Of a stretch of DNA of 64,000 nt, positions 12,551 to 23,875 are shown piece after piece. Location of the stretch: NCBI RefSeq assembly GCF_006345805.1, contig NC_043009.1, positions 35,402,001 to 35,466,000 of the forward strand. The letters are read 5' to 3'. This stretch comes from Octopus sinensis (Eukaryota). The notes beneath the pieces were generated by a model. That model saw nothing but the letters and a program-made list of their open reading frames with translations, was not told where the DNA came from and searched no databases. Both the position numbers and the translations under genes were made by a program. Positions within the stretch are counted from its first letter, which is position 1; every line of letters begins with the position of its first letter.

Positions 12551-12910
12551 CCGCTATTTTGGCGTGTGATCTACAAAAGGAGATTGCCTTCGATTACTTT
12601 TTTGTTTACTTTTCAATTTCTAAAACTCTTAAGCTTGTCTTTCGTTTGTAGCAGATGTTCGCTCAATGTATAGATAAAATTATTCAATTTCTATTTCATC
12701 TTTATTATCAAATTGCTTATTAATTATTTTCGAAATTCTTTTTTGTACATACTTAGCATTGTAATTGTATGTTTCCAAATTTCTTACCATTTTAATATAG
12801 ATAAAATTCTGTTTAATTTGTCTTAGTAAATGATAATAATTGAAATGTAATCTAAAAAGTAACTTAAAGTAATCTTCCTTTAAGTTGTAGATCACACGCT
12901 GAAGTAGCAA
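12551..12910. mobile_element. 360-bp MITE-like element with 24-26-bp terminal inverted repeats
   Basis: Left gctattttggcgtgtgatctacaa versus reverse complement of right gctacttcagcgtgtgatctacaa (21/24). Flanked on both sides by agatagatag. Confidence 0.6.
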
Positions 12911-13069
12911 AGATAGATAGTTAGATAGCTATGGTGATACAAACAGGAGGTTAATAATTGTTTATCATTAACAGCATTATAGCAGACTGCTATAATGGAT
13001 CCATAAAGACATGTCAAACATCGAAGGGTATATTTTCCCTCTAAAGATATTATGCCAATGTGACATCAA

Positions 13070-13305
13070 TTTAATATTTAAATATTTACTGAGTATTGGA
13101 TGAAAGAGCTGTAAGGGATGATGATTAATTTGTTATTAATAATAAACAATTATTAATTCTCCAATCACCATTTTCTTTTTTTATCACAAAAAAATAAGAA
13201 AATAGAGAAATAATTAATAAATTATTGTTTATTAACTAAAAAATTGACAAACATCTCTTACAGCTCTTTCCTTCTAGATCTTCAGAAAATTAATAAAATT
13301 TAAAA
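13070..13305. repeat. Inward-facing inverted repeat with hammerhead-like motifs in both arms
   Basis: Plus 13086-13117: CTGAGTA-ttggat-GAAA-gagctg-TA-ag. Minus 13255-13289: CTGAAGA-tctagaag-GAAA-gagctg-TA-aga. Arms align at about 70%. Confidence 0.55.
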
Positions 13306-13811
13306 AAATATTTGGAAGCCGACTCTCGTAGCTTGAGATATACAAAATAGGTGTCCAATTCTTGCATGTCGAGTATATGGCTGATAAAATTTATGCATAA
13401 AGAACATTGTATAAAACATGGTACATACCTTAGAAAGGGAAAGAAAGTAGTGTATATTTGAGTTGTAAAGTAAGAATATTAATTGTAATGTCTAACATTC
13501 TTTGTACAGGTAACTAACCAGTAATTTCATAAGATTTTGCTATCCCCTAATGAGGTTTGTAACCTTAATTTGAACTTTTATATATATATATAACTAATTA
13601 TAAATGGCTGCTTCTTAGCATTTGGAACCTAAATGCAAAATTAATAATCGGTACTGACCAGCGCCTACCATCACTTTTGTCACCTCTATTAAATTTTGCA
13701 TTTTCTTCCGTGGCGCTGTTGTCAACACGATAGGCTCATAATCTAAAACTAGCATCGATCAATCGGAATATCTTAAGTTCGATCATTACACAGGGCAGTT
13801 TTTTCTTTATA

Positions 13812-14289
13812 GGCGCAAGAGTTGCTGCATGGTAAGTAGCTTGCTTACCAACCACGTGGTTCCGGGTTCAGTCCCACTGTGTGGCACCTTGAGCAAGTGT
13901 CTTCTACTATAACCTCGGGTTGACCAAACAGTGAGTGGATTTGGTAGACGGAAACTGAAAGAAGCCTGTCGTAAATATGTATATATTTGTGTGTCTGTGT
14001 TTGTCCTCCTAGCATCCCTTGGCAACCGATGTTGCTGAGTTTGCGTTCCCGTAACTTAACAGCTCGGCAAAGGCGAGCGATAAAATAAATATTAGGCCTA
14101 CAGAGATTAGGTTCTGGGGTCGATTTGTTCGACTAAAGGCGGTACTCCGGCATGGCCGCAGTTAAATGACTGTTTATATTTATATATATATATATAATAT
14201 AATATAGATATATATATATATATATAAAGGCGGTGCTCCAGCATGGCCGCAGTCAAATGACTGAAACAAGTAAAAGAGTAAAAAAGTAA

Positions 14290-14290
<1 letters not shown>
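13812..14290 (+). mobile_element. tRNA-derived SINE family A, full length, with a duplicated 3' tail
   Basis: A-box-like tggtaagtagctt, B-box-like ggttcagtccc, internal TA/TG microsatellite, and tail ggcggtgctccagcatggccgcagtcaaatgactgaaacaagtaaaagag. Confidence 0.9.
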
Positions 14291-14337
<47 letters not shown>

Positions 14338-14880
14338 ACACAGAGAGAGAGGGGGTTAGCTAGATATTGCATGACAATATTTCCATGTATTCATACGTAC
14401 TTAGTAGGTATAATATTGATATGAAATTATTAAATAGTTAAGATGTACATTAGATTTTCTGCACACGTAGCAGTATAATATGTGGTTTCTATAGATGTAA
14501 TTAAGCACGTTTCTCATGAAAATGTCTTTGATACTTTATACTATAATTCATTAAACTAAGTTGCAGAGTAAACGTATTGATTTTGTAGTAGTTGTAGCTT
14601 TACTAATTTAGGTTTTTATATAAATTTTTATTAATGGTATATGCTGACGTTTATGTTTTCCTTTGTTTACATAGTTTGTACTGACCAGAACTATGGTGCA
14701 CATATATAGATGATGCGATACTCTAATATGGTAATTAACAAGCAGTTTTTAATACGTCATATTCTTTATTCTCTCCGATATTTCAACAAATGCAAGCATA
14801 ATTACATGGCGAATGTTATCGCTCTTTCCCCTCACACTCACTCCCGCTCTCTCCCTATCCCTCTTTCAATATCTCTCTCT

Positions 14881-15041
14881 GAGTTCAAATTCCGGCGAGG
14901 TCGACTTTGCCTTTCATCCTTTCGGGGTCGATAAATTAAGTACCAGTTACACACTGGGGTCGATGTCATCGGCTTAATCTGTTTGTCTGTCCTTGTTTGT
15001 CCCCTCTGTGTTTAGTCCCTTGTGGGTAGTAAAGAAATAAA
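14881..15041 (+). mobile_element. tRNA-derived SINE family B, 5'-truncated, with a 13-bp TSD
   Basis: B box gagttcaaattcc; tail tgtgggtagtaaagaaat; TSD aatatctctctct (14868-14880) and aatatccctctct (15042-15054). Confidence 0.9.
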
Positions 15042-15282
15042 AATATCCCTCTCTGTATATATAACACCTGGTTCACCTTAGCTGCAACATCGTCACTCAT
15101 AACAGCTATTATGTACTACAAACGCACGCGCACAACGATTTCAAACATCTGTTTATATATAATATATATGTGTATATATGCTAATAACGTATTTTTTTAA
15201 TGCATACATTGTCAAATGCACACATCGTAGTCTGCCAAGTGTCTACCAACAAGTTAGAATGTAACTCATTTCTAGTAACTTC

Positions 15283-15388
15283 ACCCCTGATGAATGACCT
15301 AATTAACCAGTTTCAGTAGGAACATTTTAAATTAATTTAATTTAATTTCTCTAATTGAACTAATTGGCTATGGAAACGGTTGTAGGGT
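15283..15388 (+). ncRNA. Type-I hammerhead ribozyme motif with an intact core
   Basis: accc-CTGATGA-atgacctaatta...taattggctatg-GAAA-cggttg-TA-gggt. Stem I is 4 bp, stem II is extended, stem III is near-palindromic ACGGTTGT (G-U pairs), cleavage triplet GUA. Confidence 0.7.
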
Positions 15389-15487
15389 TGAGATTTTCAT
15401 ATTATATCTATTTGAATATCTTTGAATGAACTGATGTCTATATGTCAAATTTCTCCATTTTCGTCTTTTTCTCGTTCATATAAGAGT

Positions 15488-15640
15488 GGCGTGACAACTG
15501 ATTTTCGTGTGTTTACGTCCCCATTACACAGCGGTTCGGCAAAAGGAATAGATAGAATAAGTACTTAGCATACAAAGAATAAGTCTAGGGTCGATTTGTG
15601 ATGCTCCAGCATGGTCAAATTTAAATGACAAACAAGTAAA
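15488..15640 (+). mobile_element. SINE family A, diverged 3' half
   Basis: gtgtgtttacgtcccc...gcggttcggcaaaa...gatagaataagtact...ggtcgattt...gctccagcatgg. Confidence 0.75.
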
Positions 15641-15705
15641 ATATATATATATATGTGTATATATATATATATATATTATATATAATATATATATATATAT
15701 ATATA

Positions 15706-16138
15706 TTTATATTTATGAATTTTTATGTATCTATAAATTTACGTGTAGATGTATATAATTGTAAATTCTTAGAAATTTTATATTTCATATAGATGAATTC
15801 ATCTATGTATGTATATTGTATACCATGGAGAATTTCGTTAATATGGGTTGTATGAATATATACATCGACCTTTAAATTTGTTTTCTCTCCTTCTTATTAT
15901 ATATATATATATATATATTATATATAATATATATATATATATATATATTTATATTTATGAATTTTTATGTATCTATAAATTTACGTGTAGATGTATATAA
16001 TTGTAAATTCTTAGAATTTTATATTTCATATAGATGAATTCATCTATGTATGTATATTGTATACCATGGAGAATTTCGTTAATATGGGTTGTATGAATAT
16101 ATACATCGACCTTTAAATTTGTTTTCTCTCCTTCTTAA
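15706..16138 (+). repeat. Near-perfect tandem duplication, unit about 242 bp including a (TA)n tract
   Basis: 15706-15897 and 15948-16138 differ by only about 2 single-base indels. Confidence 0.9.
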
Positions 16139-16312
16139 TTATATATATATATATATATATGGTACATGTGTGTATGTATGTATATATATATGTATGTATG
16201 TATATATCTACATATTTATATAAACATATATATGTAGAGAGAGAGAGAGAGGAGAGAGAGATACAGAAATGGATAGATATATTACTTATAGTTATATCCA
16301 TTCATTGATACC

Positions 16313-16392
<80 letters not shown>

Positions 16393-16401
16393 GTGTGTGC
16401 G

Positions 16402-16434
<33 letters not shown>

Positions 16435-16544
16435 TTGTATATATATACCAGACTACCCATTGGGTCATCGGGAGAATCTGAGTTTCCATGGGTTTTTTCG
16501 CATGTTTTCAATGAATGTGACGTCGAAATTACTCGCAAAAGGTT

Positions 16545-16658
16545 AGATTTGGCTGCTATTTCTTGCACGCCCTGCTACCACGTAACATGTATTTAGGGTC
16601 CTTTATCGCAAATAACTATTACATGGTAGCAGGGTGTGCTAGAATAGCAGCCAAATCT
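16545..16658. repeat. 114-bp fold-back with 40-bp arms and a 33-bp spacer
   Basis: agatttggctgctatttcttgcacgccctgctaccacgtaa versus reverse complement of ttacatggtagcagggtgtgctagaatagcagccaaatct. Confidence 0.8.
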
Positions 16659-17121
16659 TTGGATGGGAAATACATTGAATGCACTCGAAAACCTATGGGC
16701 AGAAACTATTTCACACAGAGGTCACGAATGGGTTTTCTACAAAATATTTACCATATTTTCAAAGTCATTGTCACTTTAAAATATGTTTTGAATATGCCGG
16801 AAAATTTTTTTGTAATGGTTTTCACTTTCAATTGAAAAAAAAACTAAAAATATTGTGTTTAAAGAAAGCTAAAATGTAAATACTGACTGTATAAACAACT
16901 TACATTTTAGACATCACATGCACATAATTTTTTTCTAAATGTTTAAAATATTGTGTATCACAAAAGCGAAAATAGAAACATTTACTGTAACAATTTTGTA
17001 TTTTGTCGTTGTCAAGTCACTGTGTCTAATCGAAAGATAAAGAGTTTCTTCCTTCCCAGGTTTAAGATTATTTTAGGAATATTTTCCCATTATGCCCCTT
17101 TTTTGGTATTTATACCCCATA

Positions 17122-17281
17122 GGCACAGGAGTGGCTGTGTGGTAAGTAGCTTGTTTACCAACCACATGGTTCTGGGTTCAGTTCCACTGCGTGGCACCTT
17201 GGGCAAGTGTCTTCTACTATAGCCTCGGGCCGACCAAAGATTTGGTATACGGAAACTGAAAGAAACCCGTCGTATATATGT

Positions 17282-17320
<39 letters not shown>

Positions 17321-17507
17321 GCGTGTGTGTGTTGTGTCTGTATTTGTCCTCCTAGCATTGCTTGACAACCGATGCTGGTGTGTTTATGTCCCCGTTACTT
17401 AGAGGTTCGGCCAAAAAGACCGATAGAATATCGAGTTGCTCGATTAAAGGCGGTGCTCCAGCATGGCCGCAGTCAAATGACTGAAACAAATAAAAGAGTA
17501 AAAGAGA
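17122..17507 (+). mobile_element. tRNA-derived SINE family A, near full length
   Basis: ggcacaggagtggctgtgtggtaagtagc...ggttcagttccactgcgtggcaccttgggcaagtgtc...cagcatggccgcagtcaaatgactgaaac. Confidence 0.9.
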
Positions 17508-17652
17508 GAATAAATATCTCTAAAACTACTTGTTTTATTCCGTATGTATTAACATTTCAGGGTAAACTTAATACATAGTATCTTCCCATTATGTGCCAGT
17601 TTGGCTGGGTAACATTGCAAGCAAGCAAGATCCAAACTGAATTTTAATGTAT

Positions 17653-17689
<37 letters not shown>

Positions 17690-17894
17690 ATGTATATATA
17701 TTGACTGAGGTTGTGTGTAAGTACGAACTAGTATTCAATCACCAGCAAGAATTTGCGCTCACCATAAATTATTCCCTTAGATACCTTTTGAGAGAGAATT
17801 CATGCATATTCATGTGTTACGCATATGTTACTCATGTCTGTGTAGTTAAGATTTCTAGCATAATTTCTTGCGGGTGTATTTCTGTAGGGTCGAT

Positions 17895-18260
17895 AATTTT
17901 CAATGACCATAAGAAACACCCGTCAGAAATCTTGTAAATATAAATGTGCTGATAACTCTACTCTAAACAAAAAGCGCCTAGTAAAACAATTGTTCTTCAA
18001 AACCAGCACCAACGATGTGAACGGAACGATGAAAACTTGTGTGTCAATGACTGGAAATACCTTCAAGGAAAGATATACGCAGCGCTCGGCTTCCTTTAGA
18101 GAACACAAGACGTAATTGTTTATTTAATATCCTATGGACCCTTAAGGAGAGAGAGTTAAACAAGTCCCATATAAATTGAAGCATTATAGCAAAGGCCGGA
18201 AAGTATAGGGAACATGGCAGCAAATGCAACTTGTGTATCACAGAAAAGCAAGTATTACAT
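17895..18260 (+). pseudogene. Penelope-like element GIY-YIG endonuclease remnant
   Basis: Across frameshifts: KTCVSMTGNTFKERYTQRSASFR...LWTLKE...SIIAKAGKY...GSKCNLCITEK; homologous to 51290-51670. Confidence 0.8.
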
Positions 18261-19024
18261 TAACAGGGAATATTTTGAAAATTAGGTAAGAAATGTTATG
18301 TGTACAAATAACAATTCATAATTCGAAATTTTAAGCATCACGGCTCACCTACATTGCAACCTATCCGACCTCGGTAAAGTTTTGGATATCGATTATATAC
18401 TCAATACGCTTTATGAACATATACCCTCAGAACTCATGGTGAAATTTTAATTACACAGACACGTACAGAATATGCATAGCACAATTTCAAGACATCACAT
18501 GATTCACAAAAATATATCTATATGAGTTTATAAATATTTCGATGAACTTAATATTTCATTAAATGGTCTTGCACTCAAAACCTTTGAAATGCTATAAATG
18601 ATAATGAGCTTATGCTCAAATATTAACACACACACACATACACACACACATGCACACGCACGCACACACGCACGCATGCACGTACGCACACGCGCACGGA
18701 CACACAAACACACACATTTCTGTGTGAGTGAGTATTGATTTCCCGCATAAGATAATAAAGGAACGAGTTCTTGCAAAAATCCTAGGTCAATGCAAAAGAC
18801 ATAACAATTAAGAAATTCTCATTACTTACCTCTACTTATTTGTATCTTTCAATACATCTCAATGCATCCAAAGCAGACTTTGTTGTCTTTCAACGTAAGC
18901 TGAATTTAATGTACGATAGGGACTTATAAACCTAGATTTATATATCCCAAATTTGCAGAGGAATTGGCGTTGGTACAGTTTAGCTTAATGGTAAAGTACT
19001 TCACACTTCATCTATCATCAATAT

Positions 19025-19178
<154 letters not shown>

Positions 19179-20243
19179 CAAGAAATGGATTGTGATTCAA
19201 TACACCTGCTTCATATATGTTTTTCTATTGATGAATAAAGGAGTTACATCATGCCCAAAAAACCGTTTTCACCAAACATTTTGAACATGTCAATAACTAA
19301 TCAAAATTCGGTTATAAATATGCACGTGTATTCATATATACACAGACAGACATATCCCTACAAACATACATACGCATGCACACCCCCAAACACACACTCA
19401 TACATATGAACATACATACACACGTACACACACACACATACACTTGCGTGAATTTGCTACACATATATTTAAAGAAATATATTAGTATTCTATACTCTCT
19501 AGAAATTATTGAAAAATATCATTTTGAAAATATGTTAGGTGCGAGTCCGAGGGTATAAATTCTGAAGATCAATAAATTACGTGGATTTAGAAAACTACAG
19601 AATCAAACGTAAAATAAGAAGATATAGTATTTACTTCAAACTTCTTAGCTTATGTCTACTGGTTCTAGTCTATATCTCTTTGGTGTATGTAATATTTTGA
19701 TAATCCTCTCTAACTTCCCTCTATGTGTTCTAACTTATTTGACACCATACCTGGAACCTTTCATACGCTGGATCTGGAACTTACACTGGATCGTGAAACT
19801 GCTTGCCGGAGTACACATGTATGTGATTTTGCGTACATAGATAGATATATTGAGTCGCATGGGTTTCTAAATGGTAGGACAAGTCCGTATATACATTTAT
19901 ATATTCATTAATATATTCTTTAAAATTTATATATACTGTTGAAATACGGATATGCTATTTTCGGCCCTAACTTCTTCGTGTCCTTATTATTAAAACACCT
20001 CGATTCAATTAGATCTCGCAAATAATTATAATCAATACCACACATAAGCATACACTTACTACCACACACACACAATACCACACGCACTCACATGCTACCA
20101 CACACACACACACATGGACCATTTTCACAATCTCGTGTCATAGAAAGCAGTTTCTTTTTCTCCTCCCATTTTCGGTCACTTCAGAAATGCGACAACACGT
20201 GGAATGTTGACAATTTTTCCTTCCTCCTCTTTGGACATTTTTC

Positions 20244-20276
20244 TTTCCGACGAAGAGCTATGCTCGAAACGTTAAC
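20244..20276 (+). ncRNA. Minimal hammerhead-like motif with CCGACGA core in a PLE pLTR fragment (about 20105-20345)
   Basis: ttt-CCGACGA-a-gagc[tat]gctc-GAAA-cg-TT-aa. Stem II is 4 bp, stem III is the palindrome ACGT, stem I is weak. Confidence 0.55.
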
Positions 20277-20984
20277 AACTCTCTCCTTTCACCGAACGTC
20301 AAATTAATATACATCTTGTGCACGCCGCACGTTCGTTTTTTTATATTTTTCCCATTTTTAGTTGTCTGTTCTTTGAATTGTTTGTTCTTTAAATGACATA
20401 TGAGAATTCAATATAGCATTGATCATATTCTATGGACACGAACGTATCTCTTGAGGCTTGCTGGTACTTAGAAAACCTTTAAGCAAATGGAAAAAATGAG
20501 TGCTTGTGGATAATTTACTATGCCTTTTCTGGAGTGGATGGCAAGGCCTGCTTTGCTTCGTGATACAAAACCACAATGACAGGTGAGATTTACATTTAGA
20601 GGAAACTATATTTCTATATAATTAAATAGCTCACAAATAAAGCATATGTATTTATTTCAACAAAACTAACGCTATTTCGAATTGGGTTTTTATGACTGAA
20701 AACGATAAATTGCAAGATTACTTCCATATGAAATATTTCTTTGTAGTATTATGTTACGTTTGCTTAGGCGCTAGTCCAAATGGAAGAAGCCTCAGGCGAG
20801 ATTGTAAATGTAAGATTGAAAACTCAATGTTATCATACCCATTAAATTGTATACAGCTAGGTAGCTCGGTGTATTATCGAGGTGAACTGATGGACCTGGG
20901 GGAGAGGAAAGGAGATGAGTGTGGAAGCAAGCAAGTTCCCGGTCAGACGCTTACATTTTCATGCAAGCAAGCGTTATGATACAG

Positions 20985-21150
20985 ATGACGATGATGCCGA
21001 TAATGATGATGATGATGATGATGATGATAATGATGATGATGATGATGATGACGAGGATGATCCTGGTATGCTATAGGTGATGATGATGACAAGGAGAAAG
21101 AAAAGAAAGACCAGTGTAATGATGACGATGAGTCATGATGATGACGGTAT

Positions 21151-21189
<39 letters not shown>

Positions 21190-21252
21190 CGAAGAGAAAG
21201 AGAAGAAAGATCAGTGTAATGATGACGATGAGTCATGGTGATGACGGTAATA

Positions 21253-21284
<32 letters not shown>

Positions 21285-21480
21285 AATGATGTTGATGATG
21301 ATGATGATGATGATGATGATGACAATGATGGCGATGATGATGATGATGATGTTGATGTTGATGATGATGATGATGACGACGACGACGACGACGGCGATGG
21401 CGACAAATAATATGATGATTTGAATAATAACAATGGCGGTCACGATGATGATGTTGGTCATCATTATTATTATGATGTCT
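20985..21480 (+). repeat. Compound (GAT)n/(GAC)n microsatellite with an internal duplication of about 100 bp
   Basis: gagaaagaRaagaaagaYcagtgtaatgatgacgatgagtcatgRtgatgacggta occurs at about 21093 and about 21193. Confidence 0.9.
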
Positions 21481-21809
21481 ATTTCCCAGATATTTGAAGA
21501 ATTGATTTGTGATATTCAGTAAGACTAACACATCGATGGCAGATAGAGATAGAGTAATAGCAATCTCAATTCAAATATCAACATATTAACCTATAATTTC
21601 AACACGAATTTGTGTGAACAGAGAATAAAAAACAAACGAAAGGTGTGTACGTGTGTGTGTGTGTATGTGAGTGTGTGCGTGTGTGTTTTGAATTCGTATC
21701 TACAAGTGTCGTGTGAGTATATATTGAAGAACATTAATATATATACATATATATTTATGTCTGTGAGTGTGTATGTGTGTGTGTTTGTGTGTATTTATTT
21801 ATTTATTTC

Positions 21810-21846
<37 letters not shown>

Positions 21847-21882
21847 ATATCTATATATATATATATGTATGTATATATATAT

Positions 21883-21979
<97 letters not shown>

Positions 21980-22013
21980 CATACATACGTACATATATGA
22001 TTATATATTATAA

Positions 22014-22060
<47 letters not shown>

Positions 22061-22087
22061 ATATGTATGTATATATATATATATGTA

Positions 22088-22165
<78 letters not shown>
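21810..22165 (+). repeat. Long interrupted (TATC)/(TA)n array
   Basis: Direct reading. Confidence 0.95.
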
Positions 22166-22168
<3 letters not shown>

Positions 22169-23454
22169 CTATGATCTCATGTAACGTACATATGAAACAT
22201 ATAACAATTTCCGAAAGTGTTACCGTAAAATTTTTGAAGTGTGAATCTAAGAGAAAGTGTATAACGAGCTGGGTTTATGTGTATTCATGCCTATAGATCT
22301 CACTCTGTGAATATATATTTATATTTATATATAGATATATATATACATATATACATACACACACATATATATATAATATATATATATATATAGATATATA
22401 TAGTATATATATATATATACATGTGTGTGCGTGTACCTGTGTGTGTTTATTAATAAGCGTCTATATATGAAGAGACATTAATAGTAATATAAATATTGTT
22501 CCTGTGCATTACCGAATATTTTAAAGATTTATCTGTGTATGTGTGAACGGAAACGAGAAGCTATATGTGTTGGTACGTATATTATCGTTGTATGAACAAC
22601 TTTGTGTAAGTGTGTGTTTGTTTGGTGGGTATGGGAGAACAAAACAGCGGTACAGAGAGAGAGAGAGAGAGAAAGACAGAATGTTACGGAGATATAGACA
22701 TAGTGTTGTATGTATGTTTACATTGGTTTATATGTGTATTGATGTGATGATGAGAGATGGAAAAGAAAAGATAATGTGTGTGTGTGTGTTGTGAATTTTT
22801 GAATAGATGTATATGAATTTAAAAGTATATTTCATGTACTAAGTTATAACGAAAAATGTCGGCGATTGTGAGCGAAGGGAATGAGACCGTGTATGAGAAG
22901 AAAATTCAAAGAACGGGAAAAGAAAGATTGAGATAGAAATAGAGAGAGATAGAGAGAGAGAGAGATGACTTAAGGTGTGTGATCGTGTGTGTGTGTGCGC
23001 GTGTGTGTATGTGAGTGTGTGTGTGTGTTTGGGTGTGTGCCTTTGCGTGTGTGCATGTGTGCATTTAAACGCATGTGCATGTGTTAATGGGTCTGAACAA
23101 AAACGAATCTACTAAAATTGATAGCTTACACTTCTAACGATGTATCTACTTTTCGGTTTAAGGATATAATTCCTTCATAAAAACTGAATATCGGGTCATT
23201 AAACACACACACACATTTCTAAAGAATTGCCTAATGGCTGTAAGGAATATTGATCTATTAATCGAACATCTCTATCATGGTATAGCTTTCCTTTTAGTAT
23301 TTAGAAAATAGATTTTCAAAAATTCACACACTGACACTGTTTGTGCTTGTACAGACTCCTTCTATACCCACACACGCAACAGTTCAACTACACGCATTCA
23401 CCCTCACATATTGGTTTCCAATTTTGGCACAAGGCCAGCAAGCTCAGATGAGCG

Positions 23455-23635
23455 GTGAGTCGATTACATCGACCCCAGGACTCACCTTGCACTTGTTTTA
23501 CCGACCCCGAAAGGATGATAGTCAAAGACGACCTTTCCTAGATATAGCAGTAGCAAGTTAGAACGTGAAGACGGACGAAATGTCGCTAAGCATTTTGCCC
23601 ACCGTGTTATCGATTCTGCCAGCTCGTCACCTTAT
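23455..23635 (-). mobile_element. Diverged SINE family B copy
   Basis: gtcgattacatcgacccca...cgaccccgaaaggatga...agaacgt...attctgccagctcg aligns with 28614-28846. Confidence 0.75.
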
Positions 23636-23875
23636 CTCACTCCCAGATATCAACGTTTGTTTTTATGAAACAATTATCGAAGGAGCAGAATTTTGTTTTG
23701 ACAATGAAAAGTTAAACAGTGGTTTTGAAGTTTCCGCCAATTGCCCGTGGCACTTCATTATAATCACATGCACGTACACATGTATGTATTTATGTATATA
23801 CATATGTATATTTGTATATTTGTATAATTGTCTGTACACACACACGCACGCAAACACACACACGCACACTATATA

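Noticed and set aside
20943-22296. Long ORFs rich in I, M, D, H, Y (and similar ORFs at 16.3, 28.9, 36.9, 39.2, 48.4, 53.4, 55.3 and 60.2 kb)
   Set aside because: They are translations of GAT, TA, CA, AAT and TATG microsatellites, not genes.
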